Positions 8,046 through 16,421 of a DNA stretch of 45,519 bases are shown piece by piece; within the stretch, counting starts at the first letter, position 1; each line of letters begins with the position of its first letter. The position numbers were made by a program, and so were the translations under genes. This stretch comes from Candidatus Shapirobacteria bacterium (GTDB lineage: Bacteria > Patescibacteriota > Microgenomatia > UBA12405), in contig JBAXAJ010000005.1 of the NCBI GenBank assembly GCA_037142555.1, forward strand, positions 1 to 45,519. The letters run 5' to 3'. The notes beneath the pieces are model-generated. The model ran no database searches. It worked only from the letters and a program-made list of their open reading frames with translations, and had not been told where the DNA came from.

Positions 8046-9293
8046 TTATGGCAACAAAGGCTCGAGTAAAGATTTAATTCGATTAACAAATCCATTCATT
8101 GATATTTTTGATTTTTTAGTAGGAGTAGAAGTTTTTTTTGTTTCTTTATTAAACATAAGAAGACCAACTGAACTAGTGTAGGCAGGATTAAGTATATCAT
8201 CAATGATGCCGCCAACTTTAGGTGGGCTGGCAATTCTTAGAGGAAGTGGAATTATTTTACTGCAAGTTTCTTTGACATTAACTGTTTGAGCTCCACCACC
8301 AGTTAGAACGATTCCAGCTGGGATTATGCGAGTGTAACCACTGTTTTCTATTTGTTCATAAATTATGGAAAATATTTCTTCAAGTCGTGGTTTAATTATG
8401 CCGTTTACGGCTGTTTGAATAGAAATTTTTCTTTTGTCTTGATCGTCAATGTCGAAATGAGAAAGTTCAACTTCATCTTCGAATTTTTTACTTTCAACCA
8501 TTTTGGTTAATTTAATTTTGACTTTTTCAGCTTCTTCAAGAGAAAAACGGAGACCAATAGCTAAATCATTTGTGACATTGTTGGCTCCAATAGGAATGAC
8601 TGAGGAATAGATCGGGGCGCCTTCATTAAAAATAGTTAGAGTAGTGACACTGCCACCAACATCAACTAGAGCAACTCCAAGTTCTTTTTCGGTTTCAGTC
8701 AAACAGGCGCTGGCGGTTGAGAGTCCAGAATAGATTAGACTTTCGATTCGGACACCAATTTCTTCAAGACATTTTTTGAGGTTTTTGATGGCTGGACTTG
8801 AGGCGATGATGATGTGGGCGTCCATTTCTAGTCTGGTGCCGTTCATGCCGATTGGGTCGATGACTCCATCTTGGCCATCAACTGTGAATTTCATTGGAAT
8901 TATGTGAAGAATTTCTTTGCCCATAGGAATAGAAACAGCTTTGGCAGCTTCAATTACTCGATCGATGTCGTTGGCGACAATTTCTCCATTTTGGCTGCTG
9001 ATAGCAACAACCCCTTGAGAATTAATGGATTCAATGTGTGGAGCAGCGATTGAGACAGTGGCGTTAATTATTTGGAAACCAGCCATTCTTTCGGCTGATT
9101 CTATACTTTGAGTTATTGTTTGAGCGGCTTGTTCAAGATTAATTATTTGACCTTTTCGGAAACCAAGAGCTGGAATTGAGGAAACAGCAATTATGTTTAA
9201 TTTATTGTCTTCATTCTCTAGAAATTGGCCAATGATAGTGGTAACTTTTGAGGTTCCAATGTCTATTCCACTAATTATCTTTGAATGTTGCAT
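8046..9293 (-). CDS. ftsA: Cell division protein FtsA
   Basis: Actin-like ATPase boxes (GIDIGTSKV, LVDVGGSVTTL, VLTGGGAQ). Directly upstream of ftsZ. Confidence 0.88.
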   Translation of the reverse strand: MQHSKIISGIDIGTSKVTTIIGQFLENEDNKLNIIAVSSIPALGFRKGQIINLEQAAQTITQSIESAERMAGFQIINATVSIAAPHIESINSQGVVAISSQNGEIVANDIDRVIEAAKAVSIPMGKEILHIIPMKFTVDGQDGVIDPIGMNGTRLEMDAHIIIASSPAIKNLKKCLEEIGVRIESLIYSGLSTASACLTETEKELGVALVDVGGSVTTLTIFNEGAPIYSSVIPIGANNVTNDLAIGLRFSLEEAEKVKIKLTKMVESKKFEDEVELSHFDIDDQDKRKISIQTAVNGIIKPRLEEIFSIIYEQIENSGYTRIIPAGIVLTGGGAQTVNVKETCSKIIPLPLRIASPPKVGGIIDDILNPAYTSSVGLLMFNKETKKTSTPTKKSKISMNGFVNRIKSLLEPLLP

Positions 9294-9337
9294 ATTAAAT
9301 TCTAACTCATTTTAGAGTTTTTTCAAAAGGAAGATTG

Positions 9338-10423
9338 TTAAATAAGTTTATTAATTAAATTTAATAGTTTTAAATTAGGTTGATAAGTGATTTTTGAAGA
9401 TGAAACTTTAAGTTTATTAAGCTTTAAAATGCCTTCTAATAGACTTTTTTTATTTAATTCTTCTTGCTGAATAATGATAGTTTTGTCAGGGAGTTGTTTT
9501 TTAACCCAAGAAGCATTAATTTTTTGTTCATCTTGTTGGCTTTTAAAAAGAGGGATTAAAATTGATGATTTTTTGAGAGCAACTATTTCTTGACTAGTGT
9601 TGGCTCCAGAACGGCTGATTAATATTTTAGAATTGGAAAAAATCCAACCAATGTCATTTGAATTGACATATTCAATTGGATAATAATTTTTATATTTTTG
9701 AGTTAATTTTTTAAATTTTGAATAATCAGTTTTGCCGGTTTGGTGGATAATAGTGAAATCTTTTAAATTTGAAAGAATTAATTTAATAGTGTCATTTATG
9801 GTTTTAGAACCTTGGTTACCAGCAGTTATATAGATGATAGGACTTTGATTTTTTTTGATTATTTTTTCAAAATATTTTGAACTTTGGTTGTAAATTTCTG
9901 AACGAAGAAGATTTCCAGTTATGACACTTTTTTCTGTTTGGTCTTTATTTTCAAAAGAAAGAGCGACTTTGTTGACAAATAAACTGTTTATTTTAGTAGT
10001 TAAACTGATGGTTGGAGTTTGTTCATGAGTGATAGATGGAATTCTTTTGAGCCAGCTGGAAATGATTACCGGGACTGAAACATAACCACCAAAAGAGGCA
10101 ACAATGTCTGGTTTGATTTTAGAAACTTGGTTATAAGCTTGAATTACACCTTTGATGGTTTGAGGAATGCCTTGAATGGTGTTTGGAAGCCATCTTCGGT
10201 CTAGTTTGCCACAAACAATTGAACTAAAATTTACTCCTAGTTTAGGAATTATCTCGGATTCAATTGAAGGAGTGGTGTCAACGCTGGAATTATATTGACG
10301 GCCAATATAATAAATTTGCCATTTTGTTTTAGAGTCTTTTTTGAGCTGAGATATTAATTCAACGGCGGGAGTGAGATGGGTGCCGGTGATGATTATTTTC
10401 TTTTGTAGATCCTTTGATTTCAC
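9338..10423 (-). CDS. murG: Lipid II synthase MurG (UDP-GlcNAc:lipid I GlcNAc transferase)
   Basis: GT28 layout: N-terminal ITGTHLTPAVEL in place of the G-loop, ITAGNQGSK, and SRSGANTSQEI. Follows ftsW, as in dcw clusters. Confidence 0.8.
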   Translation of the reverse strand: MKSKDLQKKIIITGTHLTPAVELISQLKKDSKTKWQIYYIGRQYNSSVDTTPSIESEIIPKLGVNFSSIVCGKLDRRWLPNTIQGIPQTIKGVIQAYNQVSKIKPDIVASFGGYVSVPVIISSWLKRIPSITHEQTPTISLTTKINSLFVNKVALSFENKDQTEKSVITGNLLRSEIYNQSSKYFEKIIKKNQSPIIYITAGNQGSKTINDTIKLILSNLKDFTIIHQTGKTDYSKFKKLTQKYKNYYPIEYVNSNDIGWIFSNSKILISRSGANTSQEIVALKKSSILIPLFKSQQDEQKINASWVKKQLPDKTIIIQQEELNKKSLLEGILKLNKLKVSSSKITYQPNLKLLNLINKLI

Positions 10424-11501
10424 CCTTTGAGTATATCAGTAAATGGTTCTGTTTTTCGATATTATGTACTAATCCGACAGCTGAAAGAAGAGTTAAAAGA
10501 GATGAGCCTCCATAGGAAATAAATGGCAGTGGAACTCCGGTCAAAGGAATGATGGCAACAATGGCAGAAATGTTGATTAAACTTTGATAGGCAATCCAAC
10601 AACCAACGCTGGCGACTAGTAGAGACTGGAAAGGATCGGGAATTATTTGACTTAATTTAATTAAATAAGTGATTAGATAAATATAAATTAATAAAATAAC
10701 CATAATTCCAAAAAAGCCCATTTCCTCCCCTATTACAGCGAGAATTGAATCGGTTGATATTTTAGGGAGATAACGATATTTTTGGTCTGAATTAGCAAAA
10801 CCTTTGCCGAATAAACCACCAGAAGACAGGGCTAAAATTATTTGATTACTATGATAGGAACTAGTGCTTTGTTCGGCTTGAGGGTTAAGAAGAGTTTTAA
10901 GTCTGGCGTAGCGATATGGAGAAAGGATTATTAGAAGTAAACTTAGAAATACAGCCACTCCACAAAGTTTGAATAAGGGCATGATTTCCCCACCAGAAAG
11001 ATAATAAATAGAAATAATTATGGCGGAAATGAGGATGGCAGTGCTTAGATTTGGTTCTAAAATAATTAAGGCAAAAGGAATACTTAGGTAGAAAATCAGG
11101 CTTTTTATGTTTCTTTTTTCTTTAATTGAAAATAAAAAAGAAAAATAAATAATTGAAGTGAACTTTAATATTTCTGATGGTTGAATACTAAAAATTCCTA
11201 AATTCAGCCAACGCCTGGCTCCAAGAGTTTCATTACTTAGGCCAGGAACTAAAACTAGGAGAAGAGCGATTAAAGTGGCGATGTAAATTGAAAATGAAAA
11301 TTTTTTAATAAAATCTAGTTTTATTTTTGAAGTTATGTAGAAACAAATTATGCTTAAGACAAGCCAAAGAGATTGTTTTTTAAGGAAGAAGAATTTGTCT
11401 CCCATGCTTGAACTGGCTTCAGTTAGTGAAGAGATTGAGATGAAAACTAGACCAATGGCAATTAAACTAAAGACTAAAAAAAGTAGGGGCGATTTTTTCA
11501 T
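10359..11501 (-). CDS. ftsW: SEDS-family protein, dcw-cluster copy (FtsW)
   Basis: SEDS boxes (IQPSEILKF, DSILAVIGEEMGFFG, IPLTGVPLPFISYGGSS). Start placed at MKKSPLLF (11501) rather than the track's 11549. The 3' end overlaps murG by 65 nt. Confidence 0.75.
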   Translation of the reverse strand: MKKSPLLFLVFSLIAIGLVFISISSLTEASSSMGDKFFFLKKQSLWLVLSIICFYITSKIKLDFIKKFSFSIYIATLIALLLVLVPGLSNETLGARRWLNLGIFSIQPSEILKFTSIIYFSFLFSIKEKRNIKSLIFYLSIPFALIILEPNLSTAILISAIIISIYYLSGGEIMPLFKLCGVAVFLSLLLIILSPYRYARLKTLLNPQAEQSTSSYHSNQIILALSSGGLFGKGFANSDQKYRYLPKISTDSILAVIGEEMGFFGIMVILLIYIYLITYLIKLSQIIPDPFQSLLVASVGCWIAYQSLINISAIVAIIPLTGVPLPFISYGGSSLLTLLSAVGLVHNIEKQNHLLIYSKGEIKGSTKENNHHRHPSHSRR

Positions 11502-12594
11502 AATCAATTTTAACAGGATTAGTGTCTTTAGAAAAAACAGAAAAATCATTAAACTTTTTGATAGTTAAATTATTTTCGTCTTTTTTGACAATTTCTGAAC
11601 CAATTAGGTTTTGATTATAAAAACGATTTTGTTCACTTTCTATATCAATTTGGTAATCAAGATTTAAAAATTCAGCCAAGTGGAAATAGAAGAGTGGAGT
11701 TAAATTTTGGTTTAATTCAATTTGAGTGTAAAAAGCAAAAGAAGCGGTTAGGCGAGGATTACATTCTAGAAGATAGACTTGATCTTGACTGACAAAAAAA
11801 TCGAGACCAAAAAAGCCTTTATAATTTAGTCTTTTTAAAATATCACCAAAATTATTAGTTATTGATTTAACTTTTTCTTGTAAATCTTCTGAAATATTGG
11901 CTGGCCATTGACGACCAACCGTGGCAAAAGGATTGTCAGTCAATTCGATTAAGCCAGTGTATTGGAGAGCAGGTGGACTTTGGATTAGACCACTTTTGGT
12001 TAAGCAACAATTGTTAAGCAGAGAAAATCCTTCTAAAAATGGAGAAAACTTGACGAGAGTGTTTGGAGCTATTTTAGATTCAATGTTTGGCCAATTATTA
12101 GAATCAAAAGTGCTGTTCCCTGCCCAACCAAAATGAGTTTGAACAACTAGATGATTATTGTAAAGTTGTTGATATTTAAGAAAATTTTCTTGGGTGAAAG
12201 AGTCTATTGATGATGGAATTGCTGGCAGATTAAATTGAGTGCAGATTTCACTAAATTTGATTTTATCTTCTAAAAATCTATTTAGAGAACCAGGATTATT
12301 GATGTTAACCCAAGAATTTTTTTTGCATAAAAAATCGATTTTGCTTGATGCCTTGAAAGAAATTATGGCTGGAGTGCGATTGTTTTCTTTAGATTTCTTA
12401 GAAATATAATCGATTACTTTTGGGTCAGATAGAAGTTTCCCACTGTTTTTTATTTTAACTGATGGATAATCAGAAAGATAAATTTTTTGGAAATTATTGA
12501 GTTGAGGGAGGTCAATGTCTAGAAGTTCATCGACAACTAAAAAATAGAAATCGAATGGACTTTGGTTTAGAAGATTTTCTAGATTAGAATTCAT
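11467..12594 (-). CDS. ATP-grasp superfamily ligase, specificity unknown, not a canonical Ddl
   Basis: LEDKIKFSEICTQFNLPAIP, then a central domain, then GFFGLDFFVSQDQVYLLECNPRLT (ATP-grasp Mg/ATP loop). The Ddl signatures I know (e.g. GEDG..Q) were not seen. Confidence 0.65.
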   Translation of the reverse strand: MNSNLENLLNQSPFDFYFLVVDELLDIDLPQLNNFQKIYLSDYPSVKIKNSGKLLSDPKVIDYISKKSKENNRTPAIISFKASSKIDFLCKKNSWVNINNPGSLNRFLEDKIKFSEICTQFNLPAIPSSIDSFTQENFLKYQQLYNNHLVVQTHFGWAGNSTFDSNNWPNIESKIAPNTLVKFSPFLEGFSLLNNCCLTKSGLIQSPPALQYTGLIELTDNPFATVGRQWPANISEDLQEKVKSITNNFGDILKRLNYKGFFGLDFFVSQDQVYLLECNPRLTASFAFYTQIELNQNLTPLFYFHLAEFLNLDYQIDIESEQNRFYNQNLIGSEIVKKDENNLTIKKFNDFSVFSKDTNPVKIDYEKIAPTFFSL

Positions 12595-13355
12595 CTTTTA
12601 GCTCCAGTTAATAAAATGACAGGATGTTGACCACAGTCGATATTATTTTTGATTGCTTTGTAATAACCAGCAAGAGCTAGGGCACTTTCGTTGGATGTTT
12701 GAATATTATTTTTTTCTAAAAATTTTTGAGAAGAAATTATGTCTTCATTTTGGATAATTAGTTCTGAACCATTAGAATCTTTGACAGCAGAAATGACTCT
12801 ATTTTTTAGAGGTTGAAATTTAACAGTTAAAGCATCGGTTAGGGTTGTGTCTTTTGGTTTGACTGAAAAAACTTTTACATTTGAAAGGGCTTGGGAAATG
12901 CCAAGAAGAGTGGTGCCACTGCCCACTGGAACGAAGATACTGGTGATTTGAGGACATTGTTCTAATAATTCTCTACCAATTGCTTGATAGCCGATTAGAG
13001 CGGTTGGGTCAGTTGATTGACGGAGATAATAAGCATTATTTTTTTTGGCAAATTTAAAAGCATCACTGATTGGTTTTAAAGAAAATTGGACTTGATCAAT
13101 TTGTGATTTGATTTCTTTTAGTTTTTGAGGATCAATTTTTGGTGATAAGAAAACAGTTAGATCAATGTTGTTTAGTTTGCAAAAATGAATAGCAGAGATG
13201 GCAGCATTGCCAGTGCTGGAAATTACTGCTTTGGTGAAACCCTCTTTAATTAAATTTTGGACTTGGACAGAAATGGCTCTATCTTTGGCAGATCCGGTTT
13301 CATTTAAGTCTTCTCTTTTTAGATATATATTGTCTAGTTTGATTAGTGGAGTCAT
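12591..13355 (-). CDS. Minimal fold-type II PLP-dependent enzyme (threonine synthase / cysteine synthase-like), 254 aa
   Basis: REDLNETGSAKDRA (PLP-lysine box), SSTGNAAIS, PVGSGTT and a C-terminal LLTGAKR, as in the Trp-synthase-beta superfamily. Shorter than typical members. Confidence 0.65.
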   Translation of the reverse strand: MTPLIKLDNIYLKREDLNETGSAKDRAISVQVQNLIKEGFTKAVISSTGNAAISAIHFCKLNNIDLTVFLSPKIDPQKLKEIKSQIDQVQFSLKPISDAFKFAKKNNAYYLRQSTDPTALIGYQAIGRELLEQCPQITSIFVPVGSGTTLLGISQALSNVKVFSVKPKDTTLTDALTVKFQPLKNRVISAVKDSNGSELIIQNEDIISSQKFLEKNNIQTSNESALALAGYYKAIKNNIDCGQHPVILLTGAKR

Positions 13356-13364
13356 TGTTATAAT
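13356..13364 (+). promoter_or_regulatory. Extended -10 element (TGtTATAAT) 7 nt upstream of the LysW-like ATG
   Basis: Exact TGnTATAAT at 13356-13364, ATG at 13372, no SD sequence. Spacing fits a leaderless transcript. Confidence 0.35.
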
Positions 13365-13371
13365 ATATTAT

Positions 13372-13539
13372 ATGACAGAAGACAATAAAAAAATACTTTG
13401 TCCTGATTGTGGGGCAGAAATAATTAAAACTGAAGAGATGATGGTTGGAGATATCGTTGAGTGTCAAGAATGTGGCACTGAGGTTGAAATTTTATCTCTC
13501 GAGCCATTGCAATATCGAGAATTAGTTGAGGAAAAGTAA
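13372..13539 (+). CDS. LysW/ArgW-like amino-group carrier protein (zinc ribbon, 55 aa)
   Basis: MTEDNKKILCPDCGAEIIKTEEMMVGDIVECQECGTEVEILSLEPLQYRELVEEK. It is collinear with Thermus LysW as I remember it (CPECGAEL...GELVVCEDCGAELEV..L.PLRLEP..EE). The track ORF 13198-13539 has an implausible N-terminal extension antisense to the PLP gene. Confidence 0.6.
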   Translation: MTEDNKKILCPDCGAEIIKTEEMMVGDIVECQECGTEVEILSLEPLQYRELVEEK

Positions 13540-14073
13540 TCTCCAGAAACCTTGATGGATGAAGTTTTTGTCGGTGAGATCGGCTTGACCATATTTGACT
13601 CCCCTGCCGGAGAGAGAGCTGTCAACATATTCTATGATGTTTCCATTTTTTTCGATAATAAATAAAACATGATGACCATTTTTTTGTCTGGCTAAATCAC
13701 CTGTTTTAATTTCAGTTGCTTTTATTTCTTTTGAGAGTGGTTTTGAAGTGAGCATGTTGGCTGAGTTTTTTCGAGGATTTAGATTAGTCCCAAGATAAAA
13801 ATTTAAAAGTTGGCAAACAAGACCAGAACAATCAATTCCAATATTATTTTTTTTCTGGAAATTATAGATTTCTTGGGGAGATAAAGATAATAACTTTATA
13901 TTTTTATCGTTGGCTATTTCAATAGTTTTTAGGGCTATTTCTTTGGCACTACCTTTGCCTCCTAGAATTTTTTCTTTGATTATTTTGCCGTTCTTGAGAA
14001 GATTTTTACTATATGGCAAACCAATATAGTGTTTAATTTCTTCTTTAAGTTCTATTAATTTAGTCCCAACCAT
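13522..14073 (-). CDS. NlpC/P60 family cysteine peptidase (gamma-D-glutamyl amidase type), no signal peptide
   Basis: GIDCSGLVCQL (catalytic Cys), IKTGDLA, GHHVLFII (His). Start taken at MVGTKL (14073). The N-terminus is hydrophilic. Confidence 0.7.
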   Translation of the reverse strand: MVGTKLIELKEEIKHYIGLPYSKNLLKNGKIIKEKILGGKGSAKEIALKTIEIANDKNIKLLSLSPQEIYNFQKKNNIGIDCSGLVCQLLNFYLGTNLNPRKNSANMLTSKPLSKEIKATEIKTGDLARQKNGHHVLFIIEKNGNIIEYVDSSLSGRGVKYGQADLTDKNFIHQGFWRLLFLN

Positions 14074-15089
14074 AGTCCAAATATAGCTAATATTATTCCA
14101 GCTAGCCAAGCTCGAGTTACAATTTTTGGTTCTTCCCAACCAATCTTTTGAAGAGTTAAGTGAAGTGGAGCAGCAGGAAAAACTTTTTTATTAAAATATT
14201 TTTTACTAATGATTTGAATAGCACTACTCATTCCTTCTATGATGAATGGAGCTCCAATAATTAATAGTGGAACTACTTTCCCAAGAAGCAGAGCGATGAC
14301 AGCAATGGTGGCTCCAAAAGATAAAGATCCAACATCACCTAGCCAAATTCTGGCTGGAAAAATGTTGAAGTATAAAAAGGCAATTAGGGAACCAATCCAA
14401 AGAGCCAAGAAGACTGAAATAGGAGTGTCGAGGGAACTGTTTGATATGAACCAAAAAGCAAAAAGACAAATCATTAGAAGACCACAAGAAAGGCCATCTA
14501 ATCCATCTGTGATGTTAAAAAAATTGGAAAAGCCAGTTATCAAGAGAACAGAAATTGGGATATAAAAAATGCCTAAATTGACTGCTCCTAGGAATGGAAT
14601 GTAAATAAAATCTATTCCTAAACTGAAGAAAATGTAGCTGGAAATTAGACCAGCAATGATTAATTGAAGAATTAGTTTATGAACCATTTTTAAGCCAAAA
14701 AAGCCAGTTGTTTTGAAATTAAAAAACTTATGGATATCATCATAAAGTCCAAGTAATCCAAAACTAATGAAGGTAAAAAAGATGACTATTAATTCTTTAT
14801 TTATTTGATAATTTGACGAAATGAAGATATTGGAAAATTTTAAAACTGGGAAAAGAATAGCAAAAAGAATGCAGACGGCTACTATAATTAATAGTCCTCC
14901 ACCAACTGGAGTTCCTGTTTTTTGTTCATGAAATTTATCAAAAATCGGAGTTCTTTTGTTTTGAAAATCTAGAGTTTTTTGTTTTTGACGTTGGAATTTT
15001 AGTTTATAGAGAAGATCAATGAAAGGAACGACGAGAATGCTTGTAAGTAAGAAAGAAACTAAAAGTAGACCTAAATATAAGTGAGTCAT
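14055..15089 (-). CDS. mraY: Phospho-MurNAc-pentapeptide translocase
   Basis: Polytopic protein. NITDGLDGL box, a C-terminal PLHLTLQKIGW region (canonical HHHFE box not obvious), GT4-polyprenyl-phosphate transferase layout. Confidence 0.88.
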   Translation of the reverse strand: MTHLYLGLLLVSFLLTSILVVPFIDLLYKLKFQRQKQKTLDFQNKRTPIFDKFHEQKTGTPVGGGLLIIVAVCILFAILFPVLKFSNIFISSNYQINKELIVIFFTFISFGLLGLYDDIHKFFNFKTTGFFGLKMVHKLILQLIIAGLISSYIFFSLGIDFIYIPFLGAVNLGIFYIPISVLLITGFSNFFNITDGLDGLSCGLLMICLFAFWFISNSSLDTPISVFLALWIGSLIAFLYFNIFPARIWLGDVGSLSFGATIAVIALLLGKVVPLLIIGAPFIIEGMSSAIQIISKKYFNKKVFPAAPLHLTLQKIGWEEPKIVTRAWLAGIILAIFGLWLGLN

Positions 15090-15092
15090 AAT

Positions 15093-16421
15093 TTATGTTT
15101 TTATATATTCTATATTAGCACCTAAAGAACAAAGACGTTCTGCGAGTTTTTCATAACCTCTTTCGATATATTCAACTCCATCGATAATGGATTTACCATT
15201 AGCGGTTAGAGCGGCTAGGGTTATTGAGGCGCCTGATCTTAAATCATTAATAGAGAAAGAAGCTGGTTTGAGTTTAGCTGGTCCATAGATTTTGACTCCA
15301 TGGAAATATTTTTCATCATCACTTTCTTTATTAAATTCATAAAAAGTTTCAGGATCCTCGACTTTTGGATTGAAGAAAGTAATTTTGGCTCCCATTTTTT
15401 TGAGATCATTAATATGTTGAAAACGATTTGGGTAAACTCTTTCGATGATTGAACTGCAACCAACTGTTTGAGTTAAAACTAAACTGAAAATTGCTTGCCA
15501 GTCGGTCATGAAGCCTGGTTCTGGTCCTGTTTCGATATTAATACTAGTTAGAGGCTTGACCCATTCGACACAAATTTCATCGTTACCAGTTTTGATTTCA
15601 GCACCCATTTTTTTGATGGTTTCTAAAAATGTTTTAACAATGTCTGGTTGTATTCTTAGAATACAAATAGAACCTTTGGTGGCAAGAGCGGCACAAGCAA
15701 AAGTTATTATTTCATTTCGATCACAAATTACACTGTGTTCTGTACCATTTAATTTAGAAACACCTTGAATGGTGATTCTTTTAGGATTATTAATGTCTCT
15801 TTGAATTTTGGCACCCATGCTGTTTAACATCAAAATGAGGTCATCAATTTCTGGTTCCATGGCAGCATTGTCAAGAATGGTTTCACCAATAGTTAGGGCT
15901 GCTGTCATTATAATAACTTCAGTTATGGTGTGGGTTGGTTTTGGGAAAGTGTAGTGAGTTGGTTTAATTCCAGTAGTTTTAAAAATTATGTTGCCATTTG
16001 TTTCTTCTGTAGTTATGTTCATTTGAGAAAAACAGTCAAAAAGTCGATCTAGAGGTCTGGCTCCAAGTTTGTCTCCACCAGGAATTGGGATTGTGGCATT
16101 GCCAGTTCTTAATAGAAGTGGAGCGGCAAACATAAAAGAAGCTCGAGATTTTTCACCAGTTCCACTTGGAACAATGGAGTTAGTTATTTTAGGAGTGGTT
16201 AATTCAAGACAATGATCACCTTTTTGTTTAACTTTACAACCAAGACTTTTAGCGATACTAGTGGTTATTTTTACGTCTGAAATTTGAGGAACGTTGTTCA
16301 AATTAACAGTTTCCTCAGTCAACATCGAGGCAATTATCTGTTTAAAACTGGCATTTTTTGCTCCACGAATGGAAACTTCACCTTTTAATGGTTTTCCTCC
16401 AGTGATTATATATCTAGACAT
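15093..16421 (-). CDS. murA: UDP-GlcNAc 1-carboxyvinyltransferase
   Basis: ITGGKPLKGEVSIRGAKNA start. The active-site loop reads IPGGDKLGARPLD, with Asp where E. coli has Cys115. Confidence 0.88.
   Translation of the reverse strand: MSRYIITGGKPLKGEVSIRGAKNASFKQIIASMLTEETVNLNNVPQISDVKITTSIAKSLGCKVKQKGDHCLELTTPKITNSIVPSGTGEKSRASFMFAAPLLLRTGNATIPIPGGDKLGARPLDRLFDCFSQMNITTEETNGNIIFKTTGIKPTHYTFPKPTHTITEVIIMTAALTIGETILDNAAMEPEIDDLILMLNSMGAKIQRDINNPKRITIQGVSKLNGTEHSVICDRNEIITFACAALATKGSICILRIQPDIVKTFLETIKKMGAEIKTGNDEICVEWVKPLTSINIETGPEPGFMTDWQAIFSLVLTQTVGCSSIIERVYPNRFQHINDLKKMGAKITFFNPKVEDPETFYEFNKESDDEKYFHGVKIYGPAKLKPASFSINDLRSGASITLAALTANGKSIIDGVEYIERGYEKLAERLCSLGANIEYIKT

Noticed and set aside
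13198-13371. N-terminal 58 codons of the 113-aa track ORF
   Set aside because: This part runs antisense through the 5' end of the PLP gene and has no motif. The LysW-like similarity starts right after Met59, which has its own -10 element.
14074-14139. Longer starts for NlpC/P60 (14139), ftsW (11549) and the 36909 gene (37541)
   Set aside because: The extensions overlap the upstream genes by 85-100 nt and add non-conserved residues. Internal Met codons give near-abutting or much shorter-overlap junctions (19-35 nt for NlpC/P60 and ftsW) and sensible N-termini.
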